From Pyrinomonadaceae bacterium (GTDB lineage: Bacteria > Acidobacteriota > Blastocatellia > Pyrinomonadales > Pyrinomonadaceae): a DNA stretch of 64,000 nt. Location of the stretch: the NCBI GenBank assembly GCA_036522415.1, contig DATDFV010000230.1, forward strand, positions 43,783 to 107,782, in the 5' to 3' direction. How positions within the stretch are numbered: position 1 is the stretch's first letter; every line of letters starts with the position of its first letter. Below the pieces are notes generated by a model. That model worked only from the letters and a program-made list of their open reading frames with translations. It did not search any database and had not been told where the DNA came from. Position numbers and translations under genes: made by a program. Of this stretch, positions 28,158 to 37,867 are shown piece by piece.

Positions 28158-29855
28158 ATGGAAACAACACAAGCATTAGTAAAACTCGAAAGCAGTAACG
28201 GGCAAAAGGTCCTTGCTCCAGTGGTAAGCAGCCCGAAACAAGTACAGGCACCTCCACCATTAACCGACGAATTAGTCGATCAACTTCTCGATGGTCGCGG
28301 TTTGCATGGCTGGTTACGTGCTGCGCGCGTCTCAATAGTGCTTGGACTTCTGTCGTTGTATCTATTTCTCGACTCCTACGACATCCGAGCAGATTTCAAC
28401 CGCCGGACAATTCAAAGACTTCGCGAGCAGGCGCGTCAAACTAACCGTCGCGAACGCTTGAATCTGTGGATGCGCAGTTGGGTTTATGAGGGCCTCGATC
28501 GGTTCATCAGAATTCTGCGCTATATAACCTTCAGAGGTGCCGAAGGATCAGCACGAAAAGATGCGAGACTTCAGAAACAAGCTGTCTGGTTACGCCAGAG
28601 TCTCATCAACCTTGGTCCCACGTTCATAAAGATCGGCCAGGCACTAGGTACTCGTGCTGATTTGTTACCGCTTCCGTATGTGAAAGAGCTGGCGCTGCTT
28701 CAGGATCAAGTTCCCGCTTATTCAACCGCTGAGGCTTTCGCACGAATCGAATCGGAACTCGGCCGTCCAGTGCACGAAGCCTATACGGAGATTGATAGTG
28801 AGCCTATTGCTTCCGCTTCACTCGGCCAGGTATATCGCGCTCGGCTTTCAAGTGGCGAAGAAGTGGCGGTGAAGGTGCAGCGTCCGGCATTAGCCGAAAC
28901 CATCAGCATCGATGTCGCGATTCTGTATCGCCTGGTGAAGTTGACCAATCGGTTCATGCCGAAGGCAAACGAGAACGCTGATTGGGAAGGGATGCTCCAC
29001 GAGTTTTACTCGACTATCTTTGAAGAGCTTGATTACGTGAAGGAGGGCCGAAACGCCGACAGATTCCGTTATAACTTTCGCACCTGGCGCCCGATTCGAG
29101 TGCCGAAAGTTTTCTGGTCACATACTACTGCGCGCGTTTTGACACTTGAGTTTATTCACGGCACGAAGGTCGTCGACATCGAAGGTCTTCGAGCGCGTCG
29201 TATTTCAGCAGTGAAAGTCAATCGGCTCCTGGTTCGAACGTATCTGAAACAGTTGCTCGAAGATGGTTTCTTTCACGCTGACCCACACCCGGGGAATCTG
29301 CTCGTGATGGACAGTGGTCATCTCGCTTTTTTCGACTTCGGAATGGTCGGACGAATTTCACCTAAGCTCCAATCGCAGATGATCGACGCGTTTTTCCATG
29401 TCGTGGGTCGGGATGTGCAAGGCCTGGGTCAGGACATTATTAATCTCGACTTTTTGAAACCCGGAGTCGATCCGGAAACGGTGCGACCCGTTGTCGAGCG
29501 GCTTTTCAAGAGTTATTTGAATCTCAAACTCGGCGACGTCAACTTCAAAGAACTCACGTACGATCTCGCGGAAGTGATTTATGAGTATCCTTTCCGCTTG
29601 CCGGCTAATTTCACTTACGTGATGCGAGCCTTGATGACTCTCGAGGGTATAGCGATCGTGACAGATCCGGGATTCAGTTTCTTTGAGACCGCGAAGCCTT
29701 ACGCAAAGGAATTCATGCTGCGACGCGAAGGTCGCATCTTTGGTAGGTTGGTGTTGGACAAACTAACCGGACGCGAAAACGGCGATAACAAGATTGCCTG
29801 GTCGCGTGTGTGGAAATTGACAAAGATGGCGGCACAAATGTACCTCGAGAAATGA
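28158..29855 (+). CDS. ubiB: ABC1/UbiB-family atypical kinase
   Basis: ASASLGQVYRARL, the kinase core and the HADPHPGN motif. Confidence 0.85.
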   Translation: METTQALVKLESSNGQKVLAPVVSSPKQVQAPPPLTDELVDQLLDGRGLHGWLRAARVSIVLGLLSLYLFLDSYDIRADFNRRTIQRLREQARQTNRRERLNLWMRSWVYEGLDRFIRILRYITFRGAEGSARKDARLQKQAVWLRQSLINLGPTFIKIGQALGTRADLLPLPYVKELALLQDQVPAYSTAEAFARIESELGRPVHEAYTEIDSEPIASASLGQVYRARLSSGEEVAVKVQRPALAETISIDVAILYRLVKLTNRFMPKANENADWEGMLHEFYSTIFEELDYVKEGRNADRFRYNFRTWRPIRVPKVFWSHTTARVLTLEFIHGTKVVDIEGLRARRISAVKVNRLLVRTYLKQLLEDGFFHADPHPGNLLVMDSGHLAFFDFGMVGRISPKLQSQMIDAFFHVVGRDVQGLGQDIINLDFLKPGVDPETVRPVVERLFKSYLNLKLGDVNFKELTYDLAEVIYEYPFRLPANFTYVMRALMTLEGIAIVTDPGFSFFETAKPYAKEFMLRREGRIFGRLVLDKLTGRENGDNKIAWSRVWKLTKMAAQMYLEK

Positions 29856-29903
29856 TCCCAGATCCCAGATCGCAGATCTCAGAAGAATGATCACAGATTT
29901 CAG
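29854..29903. repeat. family A heptamer array, left arm (AGATCYC orientation)
   Basis: gatccca gatccca gatcgca gatctca g.... Confidence 0.7.
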
Positions 29904-29912
29904 GTTACAGTC

Positions 29913-30116
29913 GTGGCTAACAAATACGAGTTCTCAAAAGGTGAGTCAGTACGCATTAAGGTTGGTGTCTTCCGCGCATTCATAGGTAAGGTCTCAGAAA
30001 TTCACAAAAAGAAAAGTACGCTATCGGTTATTGTTGAAGTGTTCGGGAAATCGCAGCCAATTGAACTTACCTTCCTGGAAGTCGAGAAACTCGACAGACA
30101 ATTATTAAGGCATTAA
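29913..30116 (+). CDS. stand-alone KOW-domain protein (NusG C-terminal-domain-like), 67 aa
   Basis: KGESVRIKVGVFRAFIGKVSEI...LSVIVEVFGKSQPIELTFLEVEKL resembles the NusG KOW domain. It lies between two opposed family A arms. Confidence 0.55.
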   Translation: MANKYEFSKGESVRIKVGVFRAFIGKVSEIHKKKSTLSVIVEVFGKSQPIELTFLEVEKLDRQLLRH

Positions 30117-30148
30117 CTAGCACTGCGGGACTACAGAAGTTCAAATGC

Positions 30149-30186
30149 TATCTGAGATCTGAATCTAGAATCTGAGATCATCTCAG
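30149..30186. repeat. family A heptamer array, right arm (inverted), overlapping the CHRD gene stop
   Basis: atctgagatctgaatctagaatctgagatcatctcag. Confidence 0.7.
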
Positions 30187-30615
30187 TTGTCCCCGAATCG
30201 CACCATTCGGAAACTCTGCATTCGTTACATTAACGTAATAGCGACTCGGGTCTGCGGCTATGTCTGCAATTGTTTGGGCGTCGGCGGAAACACATCCTTG
30301 TGATTGTCCTCTCGTGGGAGCTTCGAGAGCTATAACGACGTTTCCGGTTGAAGAGCTATCGCCGGCATTTATTGTTGCAGCTGTCGCTTCTGTGATACTC
30401 GACGTCGATAATTCATAACATAGCTGGCGCCCCTGACTCTTCACGCTGAATCTAAAGACACCACCACCATCCGCGTCACCGAGATGGTTCACTTCGTTTG
30501 CGCCAGATAAGTTCGTAGTAACAACGCCACTATTCTTAGCTTCCTGCGATGCGACTACAAAGCTGATCACAAGTACAAAACCGATTAGGAGTACCAGAAC
30601 ACCTGGTTGTTTCAT
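30178..30615 (-). CDS. CHRD-domain secreted protein
   Basis: Signal peptide. C-terminal FPNGAIRGQL is a typical CHRD motif. Confidence 0.75.
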   Translation of the reverse strand: MKQPGVLVLLIGFVLVISFVVASQEAKNSGVVTTNLSGANEVNHLGDADGGGVFRFSVKSQGRQLCYELSTSSITEATAATINAGDSSSTGNVVIALEAPTRGQSQGCVSADAQTIADIAADPSRYYVNVTNAEFPNGAIRGQLR

Positions 30616-30732
30616 TGAATCCCCTTGCTCCTGATGGAATAAGCAGGTTGAGAGTTAATGCTGGGCCATTATCATCGATTTGCCGGAAATCAGCTCTTGT
30701 GATTCTTTGTCTTTTTTGTAACGGCTGCCGAG

Positions 30733-30849
30733 TGTCCGACGAACTTTAGTTTGTCGTGGTGGTCCTTACTTGAGTCAGTAGGCATCGGACTTCTGTAATC
30801 ATTTGGATCATAGTTTGGAGACGTCGACAAACTAAAGTTCGTCGGACAT
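30733..30849. mobile_element. family B MITE-like element
   Basis: GTGTCCGACGAACTTTAGTTTGTCG ... CGACAAACTAAAGTTCGTCGGACAT. Confidence 0.8.
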
Positions 30850-30880
30850 CAAAAAAAGAGGCGGACAGAGTGCCCGCCTC
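30850..30880 (-). terminator. intrinsic terminator of the flotillin-like gene
   Basis: On the minus strand: GAGGCGG, a 9-nt loop, CCGCCTC, followed by a T8 run. It lies 25 nt past the stop. Confidence 0.7.
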
Positions 30881-30904
30881 TTCCTTTCAGTAATGTAAAC
30901 GAGT

Positions 30905-33097
30905 CTACTTCAATTGTGCCTTCTCTCCATTTGGTCCGGGCAGGTTTAGTTTTTCGCGGAACAGATTCAGCAACAACAGTGTTCCGATTCCCCCACCACC
31001 TTCTGCTCCGCCTCCTGAAGCCATCACATCCGGTGTAATGCGAACGCCCTTCTCGCCGATAACCTTCAAAGTTTCAACGAGTGCGACGCCTTGCGCACCC
31101 AGCGCGTTCACTTGTTCGTGATAAGCAACACCCTGCGCTTCACCCATTAAGCGCACCTTCTCGGCTTCGGCCTTGCCAGTTTGCAGAATGTAATGAGCTT
31201 CGCCCTCACCCTCAGCCTTGCGCTGTTCGGCGCGTTTGCCGGCGATCTCGACACCAACTGTAGCGGCCATGAGATCTTTCTGATTATCGGCTTGTGACTT
31301 GGTCTTCTCGAATAGAATGCGCTTCTCTTCGGATTCCCGCTGAGCGTTATACATATTCTGCCGCTGTTCCGCGAGAATCTTCTCCGTCTGCGTCTTCATT
31401 AACTCTTCCGGCAAGTGAATGTGACAGATAAGCACGTTAACCACATCCACGTGGTATTTCAACAAGTGCGCGCGCACGCGAGCTTCAGCACGTTCCTGCT
31501 CTTCGTGTCGATTTTGCAAGTAAGCCATGGCTGACGATTCAGAAGCTTGATTGCGGAAAATCGAGTCGATCAGTGGATGCATCACGTTTTGGATCAAACG
31601 TTCGATGCCGCCGATTTTTGCGACCATGAATGGTGCGTCTTCAGGCTTGACACGGAAAACTACACGTACCTCCAACTGCATGGTGAAGCCATCTTTCGAA
31701 ATCACTTCAAATGGATTGAAGGTATTAGTGACCTCACCTGCCGTCCATTCCACTGTCTGGTTTGTGGTTGGAATAATAATGGGCGACACAGCCAGCGTAT
31801 TCACGTAGTAGCGACCCGGACCGACGACACTTTCCTGAATACCACGATAGCCTTCTGGCACAACATAAGCTTCGTGTGCACCCTCGTCGAGACGCCGGTC
31901 CGCGGGATCGCCGCTCATTAACTCGGCTTTTATTTCATCGACCGTGCGGTCGTCGTCAATCTTATCGAGACGAGCCGCCGATTCTTCGGCTTGTTCTCGC
32001 TCTTCACGCTCCATTCTTTGACGAACCTTCGCAGCCATTTCGCGACGAACTTCATCTGATGGATCCTTGCCCACGTTTGAAACAACGACCGCAACCTCGC
32101 CCGGTTTCACTTCCTTTGCAGTCTCCGGAATCACTTTGAAGAGCAGCGGATTGATGTAGTAGGTACCAGGCAAGAGGATGTCCTTCTGTGGTCCACGCTG
32201 ACCACCCTTGCCAATGAACTCGTGACCGTCCTGGAAGTTGTCATGGCCCGCGACTGACTCGGCAACGTAATCTTTTGGATTAAGCGGTGCGCCATCGAGA
32301 GCTTCGACCAGGCCGATCTGGTTCTCATTGATTACCGTCGCATCGAAAAGTCGAACCGTCAAAAGGCCAGGCTTTGCTTCAGTGCCGCCTTCAATCGGTC
32401 CTGACTGAGTCAGGATGCGATAAACACCCGGAGTTAAAATGTCGACTTGTGGACCTTTCTGACCACCGGACGCAATAAACTGTTCTGCATCCTGAAAGTT
32501 TCTATGATCAGAAATCGCTTTACCGAGCAATCGACCTGGATCCAGTGGATCGCCGTCAGCTGCTGTGATCACTCCTACTTTACCCTGAGGAACCATCGTC
32601 GTTTTCGCAACTGAGACGCGGAAGAGATACGGGTGAATTGGCCAGAGTCCCGGAGGCAGTGTGCGTAACTGAATACCTTTCACTCCGCCACGCTTAATGA
32701 ACGCAATTGGATCCTGAAAGTTGTTATGTGCATTCTGTGCGCGATCTGGAGCGAAGATGCGACCCGGCGGCATCGGCTCACCATCGACTGCTTCGATGAT
32801 ACCCATTTCGTCGGCGCCAATTTCGATCAGTGGAACTTTGCGCACAACTTTTTCGAACGGCCATTTGATCAGATGCAAGCCAGGCTTGAGAACGTCTGCC
32901 TGAATCCCGACTTCGCCTTCAGTAGCAACGACGCGTCCTGGCGGCATCTTCGCGCCGAGGTAACGTCGCTCCTTAATGGCAATCTCTCGTGCCCCGACGT
33001 TGACAAAAATCCGTCGCACGATCACGAGGAAGACGATCAATACAACGAATGCCCCAAACAGGATTGGCAGTAAGGTAGTGATATCCAGATTTTGCAT
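30905..33097 (-). CDS. SPFH/band-7 (flotillin-like) membrane protein with N-terminal repeated domains and C-terminal coiled coil
   Basis: N-terminal TM, repeated ...DNFQD... modules, a band-7 core and an EQ-rich coiled coil. Confidence 0.8.
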   Translation of the reverse strand: MQNLDITTLLPILFGAFVVLIVFLVIVRRIFVNVGAREIAIKERRYLGAKMPPGRVVATEGEVGIQADVLKPGLHLIKWPFEKVVRKVPLIEIGADEMGIIEAVDGEPMPPGRIFAPDRAQNAHNNFQDPIAFIKRGGVKGIQLRTLPPGLWPIHPYLFRVSVAKTTMVPQGKVGVITAADGDPLDPGRLLGKAISDHRNFQDAEQFIASGGQKGPQVDILTPGVYRILTQSGPIEGGTEAKPGLLTVRLFDATVINENQIGLVEALDGAPLNPKDYVAESVAGHDNFQDGHEFIGKGGQRGPQKDILLPGTYYINPLLFKVIPETAKEVKPGEVAVVVSNVGKDPSDEVRREMAAKVRQRMEREEREQAEESAARLDKIDDDRTVDEIKAELMSGDPADRRLDEGAHEAYVVPEGYRGIQESVVGPGRYYVNTLAVSPIIIPTTNQTVEWTAGEVTNTFNPFEVISKDGFTMQLEVRVVFRVKPEDAPFMVAKIGGIERLIQNVMHPLIDSIFRNQASESSAMAYLQNRHEEQERAEARVRAHLLKYHVDVVNVLICHIHLPEELMKTQTEKILAEQRQNMYNAQRESEEKRILFEKTKSQADNQKDLMAATVGVEIAGKRAEQRKAEGEGEAHYILQTGKAEAEKVRLMGEAQGVAYHEQVNALGAQGVALVETLKVIGEKGVRITPDVMASGGGAEGGGGIGTLLLLNLFREKLNLPGPNGEKAQLK

Positions 33098-33137
33098 GGT
33101 ATGTCTCTTTCAGAAATTCAAGTGACCAGGTTGATAG

Positions 33138-33797
33138 TTATTCAGTTGTGGGTGGTACGCCTTCAAGTTCGCGCCGCGCAGATGAGAGGGTACGTTTCAG
33201 TACGAAGCCAGTGCCTGAGTTGCGTTCTCCCGAGGAGAGTAACCAGTATTCGCCATTTAATAAAGCCTGAAGTTCCGCTGCAGAAGTATTAGCGAGTTTT
33301 CCCTCTTTAAAGAGTCGAAGCGCGAGCTCAACTACACGATTGAAGAGCTCAGCATTATTTGCCAATGCCGCGAAGTGTATTGCTTTTGCGGTTGTTTGGC
33401 GGTTTGGCGAGTTTTGCCATGAATCAATCATCGCCTCCGCCAATGCGCGGTTTACGGGCAGATCCTTTTGCGAAACATATGACGCGAGTTTTAGCAATTT
33501 CGCTTCAGAGTTCGCTTCAGCAACCGCCGCATTAAGGACATCGGAATAAACATCCGTGTCTCTCGCTTCAAGAACAGCATGTAAGTCGCCATCTGTGGCA
33601 CGAGCTATCAAGTCTCGATGTCCGTTTTCCGCCGGCTGGCTTGCAACAAATTCCTGAGTCTCAGAAAACAAGGCACGCGGTGGAGTCTGTGGCGGAAGCG
33701 AGAGATGTTCGTTTGTGCTTCTCGGTTTTTGCCAAAGGTAAATCGCTATAGCGAATAAGGCTACGAAAACAGCGGAAGTAATGAGAAAGGTGACCAT
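33138..33797 (-). CDS. hypothetical membrane-anchored protein (likely co-transcribed with the flotillin gene)
   Basis: N-terminal TM MVTFLITSAVFVALFAIAIYLW. No recognisable domain. Confidence 0.5.
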   Translation of the reverse strand: MVTFLITSAVFVALFAIAIYLWQKPRSTNEHLSLPPQTPPRALFSETQEFVASQPAENGHRDLIARATDGDLHAVLEARDTDVYSDVLNAAVAEANSEAKLLKLASYVSQKDLPVNRALAEAMIDSWQNSPNRQTTAKAIHFAALANNAELFNRVVELALRLFKEGKLANTSAAELQALLNGEYWLLSSGERNSGTGFVLKRTLSSARRELEGVPPTTE

Positions 33798-33892
33798 TTG
33801 GTCCGGCTAACGGGAAGTTTTGTTGATATCCGTTGCCGCGTATCTGTTTATACGAGAACGGCAGGGAAAAGTTCAAGGGGTTCAATCAGGCC

Positions 33893-34012
33893 CCGTCGTC
33901 CTGGGACCGCAGGCGTCCTCGCCTGCCCGTGTCCCACCTAACACTCTAGGATTAAATCAGAATTGGTTCTTTTCGCCGCGGGCGGCGGGGACGCCTGCGG
34001 TCCCAGCACTAC
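33893..34012. repeat. family C REPIN immediately 3' of the RAYT gene
   Basis: cgtcgtcctgggaccgcaggcgtcctcgcctgcccgtgtccc...gcgggcggcggggacgcctgcggtcccagcactacg. Confidence 0.85.
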
Positions 34013-34015
34013 GAT

Positions 34016-34657
34016 TCACTTTTCAACGATCCACGCGCCTGGCTTGCCGCCGCGCTCTCGGAACCAGGCACTGCTAAAAGGCCAATCCCTTGGATTCGCG
34101 CAGAGTTTTGCCTTGACCGGATTGTTTTCAATGTAGCGAAGAGCTTTATAGAAATGTTCTTCATTGCGAATCTCACGATCGTAATACTCTGCCATCCAAA
34201 ACGAACCTTTGCGATGAAGCAGTTTGTTTGCCTCATGAGCAGTGAATGACTTATGTGCCTGCATGATCGTTTCGAGATCGGTGTTTTCGAAACGAGTCAT
34301 CAACGAATGTTCATGATTAGGCATCACGCACCAGGCGAACAGCGTGTAACGAACGTCATCGTATTTGAGCAACGAGTCTTGCACTAACTTCGCCATGCGT
34401 TGATCGCGTAGATAGCATTCACCATATCCCTGATCGAGATACTTATCGATTCGCTGTCGCATTATCACGCGTCGATGTTCGTCGGTTAAGTGTTGCAGTT
34501 CGTTTTCCCAACGTTCCCTAACCTTTACCGGGATGCTGCCCGCGAGATGAAGATTGATTGTTTGTGGTTTTATTCGACCATCAAAATGAGGTAAGTAGCC
34601 ACGTGTATGCCAGCCTGCTTCATGCAGTACATGTTGGGGATAATCTTTTAGACTCAT
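34016..34657 (-). CDS. REP-associated tyrosine transposase (RAYT, IS200/IS605 Y1 HUH family)
   Basis: RGYLPHFDG, HUH motif VMPNHEHSL, and Y motif YIENNPVKA...DWPFSS. It is flanked on both sides by family C REPINs. Start at MSLKDY (AAGGAAG upstream). The ORF track extends to 34843 through a REP. Confidence 0.85.
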   Translation of the reverse strand: MSLKDYPQHVLHEAGWHTRGYLPHFDGRIKPQTINLHLAGSIPVKVRERWENELQHLTDEHRRVIMRQRIDKYLDQGYGECYLRDQRMAKLVQDSLLKYDDVRYTLFAWCVMPNHEHSLMTRFENTDLETIMQAHKSFTAHEANKLLHRKGSFWMAEYYDREIRNEEHFYKALRYIENNPVKAKLCANPRDWPFSSAWFRERGGKPGAWIVEK

Positions 34658-34726
34658 GTGAGGTATTCGACTTCCTTGTGAGGTTGATAAAGCTGGCCCG
34701 AGTATAACACGAGCGATCCTCCTGGA

Positions 34727-34839
34727 ACCGCAGGCGTCCTCGCCTGCCCGCGTCAAGAAGAACCAACTCCATCTGCAAATAATCCTGGTTAGGTTGGACA
34801 CGGGCAGGCGGAGACGCCTGCGGTCCCAGGACGATGGGG
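34727..34839. repeat. family C REPIN 5' of the RAYT gene
   Basis: cctcctggaaccgcaggcgtcctcgcctgcccgcgtc...ggacacgggcaggcggagacgcctgcggtcccaggacgatgggg. Confidence 0.85.
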
Positions 34840-34846
34840 CCAAATT

Positions 34847-37210
34847 TTATTTGGGAGTTAGGGAATTAAGGAACAGAGGATAAGTTGCGAGTGACTGGCC
34901 GCGGTATTGTGGGCGGAAGCCGAAGAGGATGATGCGGCCTTTGCCCATTGTGACTTCGACGAGGGCCGCTTTGCCTTTGATGCGTTCGCCGCCAAGGAGC
35001 CAGCCGGAAAGGAGTGGATCTTTGTCACGTGGATACCAGCCTATGACCTTGACGTTTGCAGCCGGAACCGCGCTGTTGGAGTTGTTAATAATTTCGAAGA
35101 CTGGAGACTCCTCAGCCCAGGCGATCGATTCCTTCGACATTCCTTTGGCGATGGGATTCGTTGTGTCGAGTTCCAGACGGAGGATTGAACCGGGAACGTA
35201 GAATTGAGTTCGCGGAAGTCCTGCGACGACATTGCGCAACGGGAGTTTGAGTTGATCGATCGCGAATTCGGATGCGCGGTTGAGACAGACGAGAGTGCCA
35301 CCTTCTTCGATGAATTGGCGAATCGCTTTAACACCTTCTTCGCCGAGTCCGCCGGTGAGTTCTGGAGGCATTGTGCCCGCACGGTAGCCGTTCAAGATCA
35401 TGCCCGGTGGTTGATCAGGGATAAGGATTGCTTTTGCATTGGCAGGGAACTTTCCTTCGCGCACTTCGACATCCCCCACAGCGGAATAGTTGTATTGTTG
35501 GTTTCTGAGGACCCACCGGGTCCAGCCTTCGTCATTTGTTGGAACAGACGAACGGAACAGAATGAGATGAATCTCGGTATTGTCGCGCTGACTAGAAGAT
35601 GGGCCTCCGATTTTCATGCGTTGATATCGGATGGGTTCGTAAAAAGGTATTGGCTTAACTCCCATCAACATTGACAAGTTATGTGCTGTCACATCGTACG
35701 GAGCGATAGGATGACCGCTTGAATCACGCAAATCGGGATAATGTTGCGGCTCGAGCAAGGCCTTTGCGAATGCACCGTAAGGTTGATTGAGATTTATTAC
35801 AGCCGAGAGTGCGTCAAGTTTTTGCCCACGATAATTCAAACTAGTTGCCAAACGATCGACTTCCACTCCGGCCGTTTGAAGAATAGCTAGAAATCGTGAC
35901 TCGTCCGTATGGGCTGGCATTATTCCATTTGATGAAGGAATCGGAACAATGAAACCTCTCAACTCTCCGTTCTTACGTGTTCGAACTGCTTGTTTACTGA
36001 TGGCATAGAACTGCTTCAACCAGTGTTGACGATTTTCCGCCGCATTCTTCAATAACAAGAACGCACATGTAGTCATCGTGTTAGTAATGTTTCGCAGTTT
36101 CCATTCACCACCCTTCCACAGTGGCCCAAAGTTCGCCGACTCTTTCTTCGGGTCGTAACCTTCGCGCGAAGTGAGATCGTCAAACTTCACATTGATTGGT
36201 GATGCAAGTCGGGCAGAAGCCGTTTCAGAAAGGATTCGCACGCCGCCGTGATAGTGCGAATACGCACGGGATGGAGACCAGGCGTCGTAAGTTGAGTTTG
36301 TAGTGATTCCCTGGAAACCCTTTGCTCTCATTTCGCGAGCGAGGTAATTGCCGAGCTCTGTGTAACCCTCGACGATCTGTTTTGGAACATTCGGTTCCAC
36401 GGGCTGCATGTAAGGTGGAAGAAAAAGACGCGAGCCAAAGGAACCCTGCTGATGAATGTCGTGCACGATCTGTGGGTGCCAGACGTTGTGAATCTTATCG
36501 ACTGTGATCTGGGTCTCTACTTGAGTGAATGCATACCAATCGCGGTTGTCGTCGTGGCCTGTGTACTTGTGATAAAGCTCCGGTGGATCGGTTCCTTCGT
36601 ATGGAGTACCGAGTGTTTTGTCATACCAGTTCTTAACGATATCAACGCCATCCGGATTCAGAGAAGGAACCAGCAGAATGATTGTGTTGTCGAGAATGTT
36701 TTGAATCTCGGGATCATTCGATGAGGCGAGTCGATGAGCAATCAACATACTCGAAAGATATGAACCCACCTCAGTCGAATGAATTCCACAGGTGATCAGA
36801 ACGATTGTCTTGCCGCGCGCGATTAACTCTGCTGCTTTCTTATCGCGCAGTCCTGGAGGCCCCAACTTACGTGGGTCAGCGAGTTGTTCCTGGATCTTCT
36901 TGTATTCATCCAGCTTCGATAGGTTATCTGGTGAACTGATGGTTGCCATGACGAATGGCTTACCCATCGTTGATTTACCCAACTCTTCAAATACGACTCG
37001 GTCGCTGGCTTGGTCGAGTCGTTTGAAGTAATCGATCACTTGATCCCACGAAGCGAGTTTGCGATCGTCACCCGGCGTGAAGCCGAGAACGTCGGCGAGT
37101 GAGGGAACTGCGAGTTGATTCGCGTGAGTTGGTGGATGTGCGTTGAAAGCGATAGGCGCAGCACTTGCGATTATCGCAAGACAAACCAACGCAAAAGTTC
37201 GGGAACGCAT
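34847..37210 (-). CDS. M14-family zinc carboxypeptidase, secreted, with large C-terminal domain
   Basis: HSTE and NPDG motifs, Zn ligands. Signal peptide from MRSRTFALVCLAIIASAAP. Confidence 0.8.
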   Translation of the reverse strand: MRSRTFALVCLAIIASAAPIAFNAHPPTHANQLAVPSLADVLGFTPGDDRKLASWDQVIDYFKRLDQASDRVVFEELGKSTMGKPFVMATISSPDNLSKLDEYKKIQEQLADPRKLGPPGLRDKKAAELIARGKTIVLITCGIHSTEVGSYLSSMLIAHRLASSNDPEIQNILDNTIILLVPSLNPDGVDIVKNWYDKTLGTPYEGTDPPELYHKYTGHDDNRDWYAFTQVETQITVDKIHNVWHPQIVHDIHQQGSFGSRLFLPPYMQPVEPNVPKQIVEGYTELGNYLAREMRAKGFQGITTNSTYDAWSPSRAYSHYHGGVRILSETASARLASPINVKFDDLTSREGYDPKKESANFGPLWKGGEWKLRNITNTMTTCAFLLLKNAAENRQHWLKQFYAISKQAVRTRKNGELRGFIVPIPSSNGIMPAHTDESRFLAILQTAGVEVDRLATSLNYRGQKLDALSAVINLNQPYGAFAKALLEPQHYPDLRDSSGHPIAPYDVTAHNLSMLMGVKPIPFYEPIRYQRMKIGGPSSSQRDNTEIHLILFRSSVPTNDEGWTRWVLRNQQYNYSAVGDVEVREGKFPANAKAILIPDQPPGMILNGYRAGTMPPELTGGLGEEGVKAIRQFIEEGGTLVCLNRASEFAIDQLKLPLRNVVAGLPRTQFYVPGSILRLELDTTNPIAKGMSKESIAWAEESPVFEIINNSNSAVPAANVKVIGWYPRDKDPLLSGWLLGGERIKGKAALVEVTMGKGRIILFGFRPQYRGQSLATYPLFLNSLTPK

Positions 37211-37320
37211 TGTTGATGCTTCGTAAGAACAGGTTGGTGGAACGAGAGTGAGTTTAAAGGAATTCTGTGCGAAGTCGAAGATAGAAATTATGGACAGCGG
37301 TTGGAATCGAATGAGAACTC

Positions 37321-37662
37321 CCGTCGAACAGAAGGCACTATCCCCTAGCACACGAAAGCTCTTTTGTCGGAGCGCGTCCGTCCTCGGCCGCCCCCGTCCA
37401 ACAGAACCATCACGTAATCCTCATCACTAATGCTGAGATTGATGGAAAAAGAACTCGAGCATCTGAATTTGTACAGAAAAGGAGATCCGAATGTTAACGA
37501 GATGGTTCTGTTGGACGGGGGCGGCCGAGGACGGACGCGCTCCGACTGAAGAGCTTTCGTGTGTTAAGGGATGGGGCTTCTGATCGATGGGGGCGGCCGA
37601 GGACGACCGCGCTCCGACAGGAGAGCTTTCGTGCGTTAGTGGATGGTGCCTTCTAGTCGACG
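37321..37662. repeat. family D REPIN-like composite (one REP unit, spacer, two inverted units)
   Basis: ccgtcgaacagaag...ctcttttgtcggagcgcgtccgtcctcggccgcccccgtccaacag, followed by two inverted units. REP core hairpin GCGGCCG-TCCTC-GGCCGC. Confidence 0.8.
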
Positions 37663-37867
37663 GTAATTTCACAGTACTAACCGAAGATGCAGAGACGAAC
37701 CAAATCTGGGATCTGAAATACTTTGGCAAGCAACCTATCATCCACAAATCACGCTCAAACACTCCAGAATCCAGGCCCACGGCCCTGATAACCTGCTTGC
37801 CGAAGCAGGGGTGCCCGTGTAAAGTAACGAGCGTTTCAAACCCCGCTCTCCCTGTAAACAAAACCTG

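Noticed and set aside
37427-37861. 144-aa minus-strand ORF with repeated HPLTHESSSVGARPSSAAP peptide
   Set aside because: It is entirely a translation of the family D REP composite (37321-37662) plus flanking intergenic DNA. The same peptide appears wherever family D occurs.
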